IMG/VR virus record: IMGVR_UViG_3300027749_002876
Coordinates: 1 to 64,000 of that record
Reading direction: 5' to 3' (one strand)
Length of the DNA stretch: 64,000 nucleotides
Part shown: positions 1 through 8,807 of the stretch, piece by piece
How positions within the stretch are numbered: position 1 is the first letter of the stretch
Layout: the number at the start of each line of letters is the position of its first letter
Notes under the pieces: model-generated
Databases searched by the model: none
What the model saw: the letters and a program-made list of their open reading frames with translations, nothing else
Told to the model about the DNA's origin: nothing
Position numbers and translations under genes: made by a program

Positions 1-14
1 GCTATAATCATTGA

Positions 15-824
15 ATGTCGGACCACTATCAAACGTTGGGTGTAGCTAAAACAGCTACACCTGACGAAATTAAGAAATCGTATAGGAAACTAGCAAGTCA
101 ACATCATCCTGATAAGGGTGGTGATACCGCTACATTTCAAAAGATTGAAGAAGCATATCGTATTCTTTCAGATCCACAACAACGTCAACAATATGATAGA
201 CCTATGCCGCAAGGAAATCCCTTTAAAGGATTTCAGCAAGCTCCGGGGGGATTTAATTTTAACTTCAACGGTGATATGAATGATTTTTTTGGGCAAATGT
301 TTAATCAACATAATCAGCGCCAGCATAATCAGCAGCCGGCATATAGAACATCAATTCATATTACACTGGAACAAAGTTATAGTGGCGGTTCACAATCATT
401 AAGATTACAAACACCTACTAGTGTATATGCAGTTAATGTTGAAATACCAAAAAGTGTAATTGATGGGGGTCAAATGCGTTACGATAATCTTATACCAAAT
501 GCAAGTTTGGTTGTAGAATTTAGAGTAGCACCTCATTTAAGGTTTGACCGCAAAGGAACAGATTTGTATTGTAATCAGCAAGTGTCTGTGTTGGATTTAA
601 TTGTGGGTAGTGATTTTGAATTTACTACCATATCAGGAAAAACATTGATAGTTAGAATCCCACCTAAAACACAGCCTTTTATGCACCTTAAAATAGCAGG
701 CGAAGGAATGCCAATTCCAAATTCTTCTATCTTTGGAGACCAAATAATCTTGTTAAAACCCTTTGTACCTGATATAATTGATGACGATATAACACAAAGT
801 ATATTACGTTTTAAATCCAAATAA
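15..824 (+). CDS. dnaJ: DnaJ/CbpA-like co-chaperone (J domain + C-terminal domain, no Zn finger)
   Basis: N-terminal J domain with HPD motif (HHPDKGG), G/F-rich linker, DnaJ-C-like C-terminus. Confidence 0.9.
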   Translation: MSDHYQTLGVAKTATPDEIKKSYRKLASQHHPDKGGDTATFQKIEEAYRILSDPQQRQQYDRPMPQGNPFKGFQQAPGGFNFNFNGDMNDFFGQMFNQHNQRQHNQQPAYRTSIHITLEQSYSGGSQSLRLQTPTSVYAVNVEIPKSVIDGGQMRYDNLIPNASLVVEFRVAPHLRFDRKGTDLYCNQQVSVLDLIVGSDFEFTTISGKTLIVRIPPKTQPFMHLKIAGEGMPIPNSSIFGDQIILLKPFVPDIIDDDITQSILRFKSK

Positions 825-845
825 ATAATTTTACAAAAGAAAACC

Positions 846-3119
846 ATGACAAATTCACCGGAAATTGAAAGCATTATCGAACAAGCCATTGTTTATGCCA
901 AAGAGCGTAAACACCAATATTGCACCTTAGAACATTTATTACTCGCATTAGTCACACATACCCCATTTAAAAAATGCTTAGACGGTTTTGGAGCAGATTC
1001 TGATTTACTAAGTCAAGAAATTGGTGCATATTTAGATAGCCTACACGCAATTGAACTTAAAGGTGTAGCCGCAGAAGATATTCAACCAAGAAAAACTAAT
1101 AGTCTTGAACGAACCATGAATCGTTCTGTGACACAAGTATTGTTTACCGGTCGCAGACAAGTCACAACTATTGATTTGTACCTATCAATTGCAAGTGAAG
1201 GTAATAGTCATGCACATTATTTCTTATTGAAATACGGTGTCAACAAACAGGAATTTTTAACTCATTGGCAAAAAACTTATAAGGGTGCTGAATTCACATC
1301 TAAATTATCAGAAGGTCAAGCAGAAGAAATTTTAGAAGAATACACAACTAATCTTTCTGACCTTGCACGTAAGGGAAAACTTGAACCACTAATTGGACGT
1401 GTCAAAGAACTTGACGATATTATTAATGTTCTTGCTAAACGATTTAAGTCAAATGTTTTGATGGTAGGTGATCCGGGAGTTGGTAAGACCGCTATTGCTG
1501 AAGGTCTTGCTAATATGATTGCAATGGGAGATTGCCCTGAATTCATTCTAAATCACGAGGTATATTCACTTGAAGTTGGTTCATTACTTGCTGGTAGCAA
1601 ATATAGAGGAGACTTTGAAGAAAAAGTTAAAGCAGTATTAGAAGCGTTAAACACAAAAAAGAAAGCAATTTTGTTTATTGACGAAGCGCACACTATGAGT
1701 GGCAGTGGAAGTGGTAGTGGTGGTAGTGTTGACTTTGCTAACATGATTAAGCCTGCAATTACCAAAGGCACGTTGAAAGTTATTGCTAGTACAACATGGG
1801 AAGAATACTATGACAGTTTTGAAAAAGATCGTGCATTGATGCGTAGATTCTATCGTGTATCAATTGATGAACCCAATCATGATACCACTGTTCGTATTCT
1901 AAGTGGATTGAGTCAACGATTGAGTGACTTTCATAGTGTAAAGATTGGAGAAGATGCTATTACTGCATCAGTTGAGTCAGCCGATCGTTACATTCATGAC
2001 CGCAAAAACCCTGACAAGAGTATTGACTTATTAGATGCAGCCTGTGCTAAACAAAGAGTATTGGGTAACAACGGTGTTGTAATTACCAAAGAATTAATTT
2101 TTGACCAAGTAGAGAAATTCACCGGAGTACCTGCTGATAAACTCAACGGAGATAATATGGATCGTATTCAAACTCTTGAAGTCAATGTCAAGGGTAAATT
2201 ATATGGTCAAGATGAAACTGTTGACAAAGTACTTGAGCGTGTCTATGTTTCATTTGCAGGTATCGGTAGTGAGACTAAACCTACAGCAAGTTTCTTGTTC
2301 TTAGGCCCAACAGGTACAGGCAAAACAGAATTGGCTAAGTTGTTGAGCAAGAACCTTGATATGCCATTACTCAAATATGATATGAGTGAATACGGTGAAC
2401 GACACTCAGTATCAAGTTTGATTGGTCCTCCTCCTGGTTATGTTGGTTTTGGCGATAGTCAAGTAAGCGGTGGACGATTGATTAATGATTTAAGCAAGAA
2501 TCCACACAGCATTTTATTATTTGACGAAGTTGAAAAAGCACACCCAGATATCTTCAACATCTTTTTACAAATGCTAGACGAAGGTCGTGTTACTGGATCG
2601 AATGGTAAAGAAGTTAACTGCAAAAATTCTATCATTATTATGACAAGTAATTTAGGTAGTAGTGATAGTGAACGCAACAACATTGGCTTTGGTAGTCAAG
2701 AGAAATTGGGTGAGGATGACAAAGCACTGAAGGAATTCTTTAAACCAGAATTCAGAAATCGTATTGATTTGGTATGTAAGTTTAATAAACTTGATATGCT
2801 TGCGATTAAGAAGATTGTTGTTAAGTTTTCTGATGAATTGAAAAAACAATTGTTGGATAAACACAACATTACTATTAATTTATCTGAGCCAGTAGTTGAA
2901 TATCTGGCAGAGCAAGGTTACGATAAGAAAATGGGCGCTCGACCGTTAGCACGAAAAATTGACGAATTGATTCGTGTTCCTCTTAGTAAGAAAATTTTAT
3001 TTGAACGAATCAAAAACGCAACCGTAACAGCGGTGATGGGCGATGAGGGCATTGAATATACAGTTGCTCAAAAAGCAACAGCAAGAGTAGGCGAAGATGG
3101 GATTATTGAAATTAGCTGA
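846..3119 (+). CDS. clpA: ATP-dependent Clp protease ATP-binding subunit ClpA
   Basis: Clp N-domain (EHLLLAL), two AAA+ modules (GDPGVGKT, GPTGTGKT, FIDEAH, LFDEVEKAH), GARPL, no ClpB M-domain. Confidence 0.9.
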   Translation: MTNSPEIESIIEQAIVYAKERKHQYCTLEHLLLALVTHTPFKKCLDGFGADSDLLSQEIGAYLDSLHAIELKGVAAEDIQPRKTNSLERTMNRSVTQVLFTGRRQVTTIDLYLSIASEGNSHAHYFLLKYGVNKQEFLTHWQKTYKGAEFTSKLSEGQAEEILEEYTTNLSDLARKGKLEPLIGRVKELDDIINVLAKRFKSNVLMVGDPGVGKTAIAEGLANMIAMGDCPEFILNHEVYSLEVGSLLAGSKYRGDFEEKVKAVLEALNTKKKAILFIDEAHTMSGSGSGSGGSVDFANMIKPAITKGTLKVIASTTWEEYYDSFEKDRALMRRFYRVSIDEPNHDTTVRILSGLSQRLSDFHSVKIGEDAITASVESADRYIHDRKNPDKSIDLLDAACAKQRVLGNNGVVITKELIFDQVEKFTGVPADKLNGDNMDRIQTLEVNVKGKLYGQDETVDKVLERVYVSFAGIGSETKPTASFLFLGPTGTGKTELAKLLSKNLDMPLLKYDMSEYGERHSVSSLIGPPPGYVGFGDSQVSGGRLINDLSKNPHSILLFDEVEKAHPDIFNIFLQMLDEGRVTGSNGKEVNCKNSIIIMTSNLGSSDSERNNIGFGSQEKLGEDDKALKEFFKPEFRNRIDLVCKFNKLDMLAIKKIVVKFSDELKKQLLDKHNITINLSEPVVEYLAEQGYDKKMGARPLARKIDELIRVPLSKKILFERIKNATVTAVMGDEGIEYTVAQKATARVGEDGIIEIS

Positions 3120-3819
3120 AGACAACACCGATGTTGATTTTTACGAATATCGAGACCAACATTACTATAACAAGTACGAATACCGAGCTAGATTTAATCT
3201 AATAGGTGTTCGTTATACATGGTATATTAAAGATGATATTCAAGAATTAATCGAAAGACTAGAAGCACCTGCTACAGCCTATCATCGTTTAGCATATGAA
3301 CGAGAAGAGGTTCGTGAAAATTTAACAGTTCTAGCATCATTTCTTAAATGGCGTAATGAACTGAAAATGAAGAAAAATTCTACAATTAGAATCGAACACA
3401 ATACTGTAGGTGTATTCAGTAATGATTTACAAGAACTAAAGAATATTACAACTAGTATTCCAGGTATTGAAATAGATTTAACACAGGCACAAATATCTAA
3501 TTATATTGGAGTTAAGCATTTTGTGCGTAAGCCCAAACATAAATTTAGAGTTTACCTAAAATCTAGGCGTGTTGAGGGTTCTTTTGCTGAAGACCTACAC
3601 AGTATGTTTAAGAAAAACAAAAAGTTGTATCCTAGCCCTGCTCTTAGACACTGGGCATTAGGATCCAAAAACAATCAAACTAGTTGGAGATACCGTTTCA
3701 GTAATGCCAGTCACTTTATTGATTACGATGATGAAAGCACATTAAGCTATCTAGCGTTAATGCATGGGGACATGCTTGGAAAACGCTATAAATTAGAAAA
3801 ACGCCCAGAAGAAGTTTAA
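3097..3819 (+). CDS. hypothetical protein
   Basis: 240-aa ORF overlapping the clpA end, same strand. Confidence 0.75.
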   Translation: MGLLKLAEDNTDVDFYEYRDQHYYNKYEYRARFNLIGVRYTWYIKDDIQELIERLEAPATAYHRLAYEREEVRENLTVLASFLKWRNELKMKKNSTIRIEHNTVGVFSNDLQELKNITTSIPGIEIDLTQAQISNYIGVKHFVRKPKHKFRVYLKSRRVEGSFAEDLHSMFKKNKKLYPSPALRHWALGSKNNQTSWRYRFSNASHFIDYDDESTLSYLALMHGDMLGKRYKLEKRPEEV

Positions 3820-3820
3820 T

Positions 3821-3854
3821 ATGATAAATACTCTATAATGGAGTATTTTTCATG
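3821..3854 (+). promoter_or_regulatory. late-type promoter (TAAATA 3825-3830) within a hairpin that covers the RBS
   Basis: AAATACTC (3826-33) is complementary to GAGTATTT (3841-48), which overlaps the GGAG SD. Confidence 0.6.
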
Positions 3855-4016
3855 GCAAAAATCGTAACAGAATCAATCGTAATCACTTTTAGTAAGATAG
3901 TAAAAGACAATGAATCAGGTACTAATGTAACCAATCCTGATATTCAATCAGCTTTGGAACAGGTTGCCCAAGAATTAGTAGGGGACGGTGTTGTTGTTGA
4001 GGTTGTCAAAGCATGA
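3852..4016 (+). CDS. small hypothetical protein, 54 aa (MAKIVTESIVITFSK...VVEVVKA), absent from ORF track
   Basis: GGAG SD, ATG at 3852, stop overlaps next ATG (ATGA). Confidence 0.8.
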   Translation: MAKIVTESIVITFSKIVKDNESGTNVTNPDIQSALEQVAQELVGDGVVVEVVKA

Positions 4017-4402
4017 GCCAAACTACAACATTAGTCTTGTTGCCACAAACAACATGGAACGGCAATGTTTCTAACGTGCAAATATATGATGTTGTTGGTT
4101 TAAAGAACCCGGCTGCTTCTTACTATGTTGGTAGCAAAGACCTACAAACTATTAACGTTAATCAAGTTGGATTGACTGGCAACATAATTGTTCAGGCAAC
4201 ACTAGCAACACTTCCTGAGGACACTGACTGGTTTAATGTTTACACATTAGAAGCCAATTCAGGTGCACCTGCAAACAGTGAACCCAATCTTAATTCTTCT
4301 GTTAATGAAGCAATTAATATTGAAGGTAACTTTGTTTGGATGAGAGCAAAAATACAAGACTTTGCTTCAGGTGTGCTACAATATGTTAAATTAAGTTACT
4401 AA
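4013..4402 (+). CDS. hypothetical beta-rich protein, possibly structural
   Basis: 129 aa in a late operon, N/V/T-rich. Confidence 0.7.
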   Translation: MSQTTTLVLLPQTTWNGNVSNVQIYDVVGLKNPAASYYVGSKDLQTINVNQVGLTGNIIVQATLATLPEDTDWFNVYTLEANSGAPANSEPNLNSSVNEAINIEGNFVWMRAKIQDFASGVLQYVKLSY

Positions 4403-4403
4403 T

Positions 4404-5573
4404 ATGAAAAAGATTGTAGTCATGCCGGGAGGATTTCATCCGTTTCATGCAGGTCACGCCGCATTGTACCAAAGTGCATTGAAAGCGTTCCCTGATGCAG
4501 AAGTATATGTTGCCGCTACTAATGACACAAAATCAAGACCTTTTCCGTTTAGTATCAAAGAAAAATTAGCAAAACTTGCAGGCGTAGCTCCTGGACATTT
4601 TATACAAGTTAAAAGTCCATTCAAAGCGGAAGAAATTACAAGTCATTACAATCCTAACGAAGATGTACTAATTTTTGTACGTAGTGAGAAAGATAAAACA
4701 GAACAACCTAAACCAGGCGGCATGAAAAAAGATGGTACGCCTGCTTACTTTCAACCATATACTGGTAAGAATCTACAACCATTCAGTCAACATGCTTATA
4801 TGGCGTATCTACCTACAGTAGAGTTTGGACCTGGCATTACCAGTGCAAGTGAGATTCGTGCGGCCTGGCCTACGTTGAATGATAAGCGTAAAACAGCAAT
4901 GGTTATGAGTTTATATCCCACAACACAAAAGAATCCTAAACTTGCCGCCAACGTAGTTAAGATGTTAGACATGGGTATGGGTAATGAGTTGAACGAAATG
5001 CTTGGCTTCAAAATAGTTAAAACACCGAACAAGACTACTAAGCAGACTACCAGTTTAGCTGATATGAGGAAAGAGTTTGAAAAAGATAAATCCACAAACT
5101 TAAAAAAATATTCTAATAACACTGATACTAAAAATCCTAAATATGTCAGAACGGTTGCCGCAGAAGAAAATGTAGATGAAGGCATTAATTTACATGATAA
5201 CCCTTGGGGAGATCAAGGTAACTTTGTAGGTGACTCACCTCAACCCAACATTGGTGGAGAAACAGTCAAGCAATTACAAGTTGGTGATATTGTAACGTAT
5301 TTAGGACAAAAAGCAAGAATAGATGCTATGTCTAAAACCGGTAATACCTCTCGCATTACTATCGCAAACAAAATGGGCGGTGTAACTAAAGATGTACTCA
5401 CTCGTGATTTAAAACGAACAGGCTTATCAGAAGAAAACGGCGGAGTAGGCGGCGGGTTTGGTACAAACTATCCAGGCACTTACGAAGAGGAAAATGGTCC
5501 GTTTACCCATAAGGGCGGACTACGTATTACATCTCTTACTACAGAGAGCGTAGATTACTTAGACGAAAAATAA
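4404..5573 (+). CDS. HIGH-motif nucleotidyltransferase (cytidylyltransferase-like) with C-terminal xxE-delimited modules
   Basis: PGGFHPFHAGH and SASEIR motifs; LNE/AEE/VDE/LSEE junctions in the C-terminal half. Confidence 0.75.
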   Translation: MKKIVVMPGGFHPFHAGHAALYQSALKAFPDAEVYVAATNDTKSRPFPFSIKEKLAKLAGVAPGHFIQVKSPFKAEEITSHYNPNEDVLIFVRSEKDKTEQPKPGGMKKDGTPAYFQPYTGKNLQPFSQHAYMAYLPTVEFGPGITSASEIRAAWPTLNDKRKTAMVMSLYPTTQKNPKLAANVVKMLDMGMGNELNEMLGFKIVKTPNKTTKQTTSLADMRKEFEKDKSTNLKKYSNNTDTKNPKYVRTVAAEENVDEGINLHDNPWGDQGNFVGDSPQPNIGGETVKQLQVGDIVTYLGQKARIDAMSKTGNTSRITIANKMGGVTKDVLTRDLKRTGLSEENGGVGGGFGTNYPGTYEEENGPFTHKGGLRITSLTTESVDYLDEK

Positions 5574-5586
5574 AAATATTTCGACA

Positions 5587-5629
5587 CCTCTTAACTAGTG
5601 TAAATATTTACATCATTTAAGAGGACCAA
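5587..5629 (+). promoter_or_regulatory. late promoter TAAATA (5601-5606) inside an SD-sequestering hairpin
   Basis: CCTCTTAA (5587-94) pairs with TTAAGAGG (5617-24); inner palindrome TGTAAATATTTACA. Confidence 0.65.
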
Positions 5630-6592
5630 ATGGCAACAAAGAAAACAACTCCAAAAGCAACGACAAAACCTGTAAAACAATCTACAGAACCAAAAACTGT
5701 TCCAGTAGAAAAGGTTTTAGAAATTGCTGACCAAGCCGCTCAAGCTACGCAAGAGCAACCAAAAGAACAAGCACCACAACCAGGTCAAGTTCAAGTCAAT
5801 GTAGATTTTCTACGAACAACCAAAGTACACATAGCAATGCCATGTTATGGTGGTATGTTAACTGAATCAACATTTATGTCATTTATCAAATGGGCTAATA
5901 CAGCCCGTCAACTTGGCATTGATTGGACATTAGAAACAATGGTTAATGAATCATTGATTAGCCGAGCACGTAATACACTAACTGCTAAGTTCTTAGACAT
6001 GCCAGACGCAACACACTTGTTTTTTGTTGATGCTGATATTGGATGGGAACCCTGGCATCTATTAGTTCTATTGAACCGTGACGTAGATGTTTGTGCAGGA
6101 TTATATCCAATGAAGACAATGCCAATCAAGTGGGTAGTTAATGGATTTGAAGGTGCGGAAGAAGGACCAGATGGTTTCCAAGAAGTATCTAAAGCCGGTA
6201 CAGGTTTCCTGTTAATGAAGAAACATGTGTTTGATAAACTCAAATCACATCCAGCTGTTAAGCAGTATAAAAATGACATTGGTCTAGATCCAAAATACGA
6301 CCAACACTTGAAAACATATTTTGACACAGCAGTTCGTCAGAATCGTTACTATTCAGAAGACTGGACATTCTGTGAAAACTGGCGTGATTTAGGTGGTAAG
6401 ATTTGGGTTGACAAACGCATTCTATTGCGTCACAGTGGTAGTTATGTTTTCTGTATGGAAAATCAACAACACTTGATGAGCACAATCGGACCTATGTTTG
6501 TGGCAGAGGAACAAGCAAAGGCAGCGGCTGCTCAGGTTGCGGCACAAGTTGTCCCGGATGCAACCGGAAACGTTACATTAAGCATAACTTAA
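5630..6592 (+). CDS. GT-A fold glycosyltransferase-like protein
   Basis: IAMPCYGG, ESLISRARN, FVDADIGW (DxD), GTGFLL and SEDW motifs. Confidence 0.75.
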   Translation: MATKKTTPKATTKPVKQSTEPKTVPVEKVLEIADQAAQATQEQPKEQAPQPGQVQVNVDFLRTTKVHIAMPCYGGMLTESTFMSFIKWANTARQLGIDWTLETMVNESLISRARNTLTAKFLDMPDATHLFFVDADIGWEPWHLLVLLNRDVDVCAGLYPMKTMPIKWVVNGFEGAEEGPDGFQEVSKAGTGFLLMKKHVFDKLKSHPAVKQYKNDIGLDPKYDQHLKTYFDTAVRQNRYYSEDWTFCENWRDLGGKIWVDKRILLRHSGSYVFCMENQQHLMSTIGPMFVAEEQAKAAAAQVAAQVVPDATGNVTLSIT

Positions 6593-6596
6593 AATT

Positions 6597-6617
6597 AGCC
6601 CCGAAAGGGGCTTTTTT
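6597..6617 (+). terminator. intrinsic terminator
   Basis: AGCCCC-GAAA-GGGGCT followed by a T run. Confidence 0.9.
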
Positions 6618-6654
6618 AATGACTATACTAAATACACTAAAGGGAAATAACAAT

Positions 6655-6747
6655 ATGTCATGGTTTAGACACAGGCCCCCAAAGTATCCACCACACAAAG
6701 AACCCGTTAAAGACCCTATTCCTCAAAACAATAAGCCTACTAAGTAA
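6655..6747 (+). CDS. 30-aa Pro/Lys-rich micropeptide (MSWFRHRPPKYPPHKEPVKDPIPQNNKPTK)
   Basis: own TAAATA upstream, AAGGGA SD-like site, fills the intergenic gap. Confidence 0.55.
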   Translation: MSWFRHRPPKYPPHKEPVKDPIPQNNKPTK

Positions 6748-6764
6748 GTATTGATAAATACTTG

Positions 6765-8807
6765 ATGAACTTAAAAGAGCTTGATTCCTTCAAAATATCT
6801 GACGCCGTCACTTTCCATGACAAGCTTAACCCTGCGTTGTGGGCAGGAAATAAATTGCGTCCTGAAGTTAAAAATCAACTAGAAGAAATAGCAAAAGACT
6901 TCCTAGAAGAAATGGGTATCAATGATTTAGATGTTAGAGATATTACTATCTCTGGGTCTAACGCCGCATACAGTTATACAAAACACAGTGACTTGGATTT
7001 ACATCTCTTAGTCAATATAAATGATTTACCTAATAATGATATATACCGTGAATTCTTTGACGCAAAGAAATCATTATACAACGATAACCATGATATAACT
7101 ATTCATGGGGTTCCCGTAGAGTTATATATACAAGATGCCGCACAACCATCAGTGTCGTTAGGAGAATACAGTTTACAAAATGATAAGTGGTTGCGTATTC
7201 CTACAAAGCGTAGAGCTAACTTTGACCAATCAGCTACAAGATTGAAGTATGAAAAATTACTTGATATTGTAGAAAGAGCATTAGACTCAAAGAACTTAAC
7301 TAAAATTCAAAAAGTATTAAAGAAGATTAAGCAATATCGTCAAGCCGGGTTAGATAAAGGTGGCGAGTTTGGTCCTGAGAATTTAGCATATAAAGCATTG
7401 CGTAGTCAGGGGTATATTACAAAATTACACGATTTAAAAAACAAGTTGCATAGTGAGGTATTAACCATTGAAACTATGTATCAAAACATTGATGAAACCT
7501 TTGACCAACCTTATAAACTTAAATGGGAAAAAAGTGATTACGGTGACGTTGATGCCTATGCTAAAATGGATGATGGTAATTATCTAAGTATTATGTTCAA
7601 CAAAGGATATAATCAAGATAAGGAAGAAGCATGGAGTGTTGAGTTCTACAGAAACAACAGCCAAGAAGTTACCGGTGAGGGTGATGCACAACGTGTATTT
7701 GCTACTGTATTAAGTGCTATTCAAACATTCATTAAAAAATACAAGCCCAACAAAGTAATCTTTTCAGCTAGTAAAGAAGTTGAAGATGGACAAAACTCAG
7801 AAAGTAGAGCAAGACTATATGATAGTTTAGTTCAGCGTTATGCTAGAGCATGGGGATTTAGAGCATTTCGTGCTGATACTGGTAATAAAGTTATATACGA
7901 ATTAAGTAGAAAGCAACCGGTAGATGAAGATATCAGCCGTAGAGGATTCTTAAAAGGCATGGGCGCGGCAGCGGTAACAGGTAGTGCTAAGGCTGGTCAA
8001 TATCAATCTTCTACTGAAATAAGTCCAGAGCAGATGCAACAAATTTGGAAGCCAAGAAAAGGTGAGTTAGAAACTAGATGCTATGCTATATTAAAATCAT
8101 TTGCTAATAGTATAGCCGAATCGCATCCTGATTGGGTTAAAGTAATTCAAAAAATAAAAGTAAACACTACTTTAGGTGATAAAGTATTTCGTCAAGGAAA
8201 TGCCGCAAATTCTAGAGTATCATCTAGGGTAGTAAATGGTAAACCGATAGGTGTACAAGCCGGTCAAATTGGTATCGAAACAACTGTATTTTGGGATGCT
8301 CCTAATGATACGCTTGCTTTTATTTTAGGTCATGAGTGTGGACATATAATTATGAATCATGGGTTTTCTTTGGCATCTGATGCTAGAAATAATGAACAAG
8401 AAGCAGATATTATTGGAGCCTCTCTTGCTAAAAAAATAGGTTATGACAGGGCTAATTTCTTTAATTTTTTATTCAATGCTAAAGCTGAACAATTAAAAAA
8501 TGGATCACCCAATGATCCTCATTTAGAACCAGTTGATAGAGTAAAGTTTTTGAAAAAGAATGCTGATTTTGAATTATCACATAACACTATACAATATATT
8601 GATTCACTTGCTCAACAACTAAAGCAAGGCTTAGCAGAAGCAAGTGGCTATATCCCTAGTGAAAAAGAAAAAAACGATCCACGTTTTAAGACAGCATTAA
8701 CAGTAGATGTAGGACCATATAGCATCAAAAAGAACGCAAAAGCATTTAGCTGGCTTACATCAAGGGCCGGCATTCCACCAACAGCAAGCCCAAATGGTAA
8801 GGTATGA
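6765..8807 (+). CDS. modular polyprotein: Pol-beta-type nucleotidyltransferase + unknown domain + internal Tat signal and M48-like HExxH peptidase + short tail module
   Basis: GSN...SDLDLH...ELY; SRRGFLK at 7935-7955; HECGH at 8331-8345, EQEAD; start moved to the ATG 4 nt after TAAATA. Confidence 0.75.
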   Translation: MNLKELDSFKISDAVTFHDKLNPALWAGNKLRPEVKNQLEEIAKDFLEEMGINDLDVRDITISGSNAAYSYTKHSDLDLHLLVNINDLPNNDIYREFFDAKKSLYNDNHDITIHGVPVELYIQDAAQPSVSLGEYSLQNDKWLRIPTKRRANFDQSATRLKYEKLLDIVERALDSKNLTKIQKVLKKIKQYRQAGLDKGGEFGPENLAYKALRSQGYITKLHDLKNKLHSEVLTIETMYQNIDETFDQPYKLKWEKSDYGDVDAYAKMDDGNYLSIMFNKGYNQDKEEAWSVEFYRNNSQEVTGEGDAQRVFATVLSAIQTFIKKYKPNKVIFSASKEVEDGQNSESRARLYDSLVQRYARAWGFRAFRADTGNKVIYELSRKQPVDEDISRRGFLKGMGAAAVTGSAKAGQYQSSTEISPEQMQQIWKPRKGELETRCYAILKSFANSIAESHPDWVKVIQKIKVNTTLGDKVFRQGNAANSRVSSRVVNGKPIGVQAGQIGIETTVFWDAPNDTLAFILGHECGHIIMNHGFSLASDARNNEQEADIIGASLAKKIGYDRANFFNFLFNAKAEQLKNGSPNDPHLEPVDRVKFLKKNADFELSHNTIQYIDSLAQQLKQGLAEASGYIPSEKEKNDPRFKTALTVDVGPYSIKKNAKAFSWLTSRAGIPPTASPNGKV

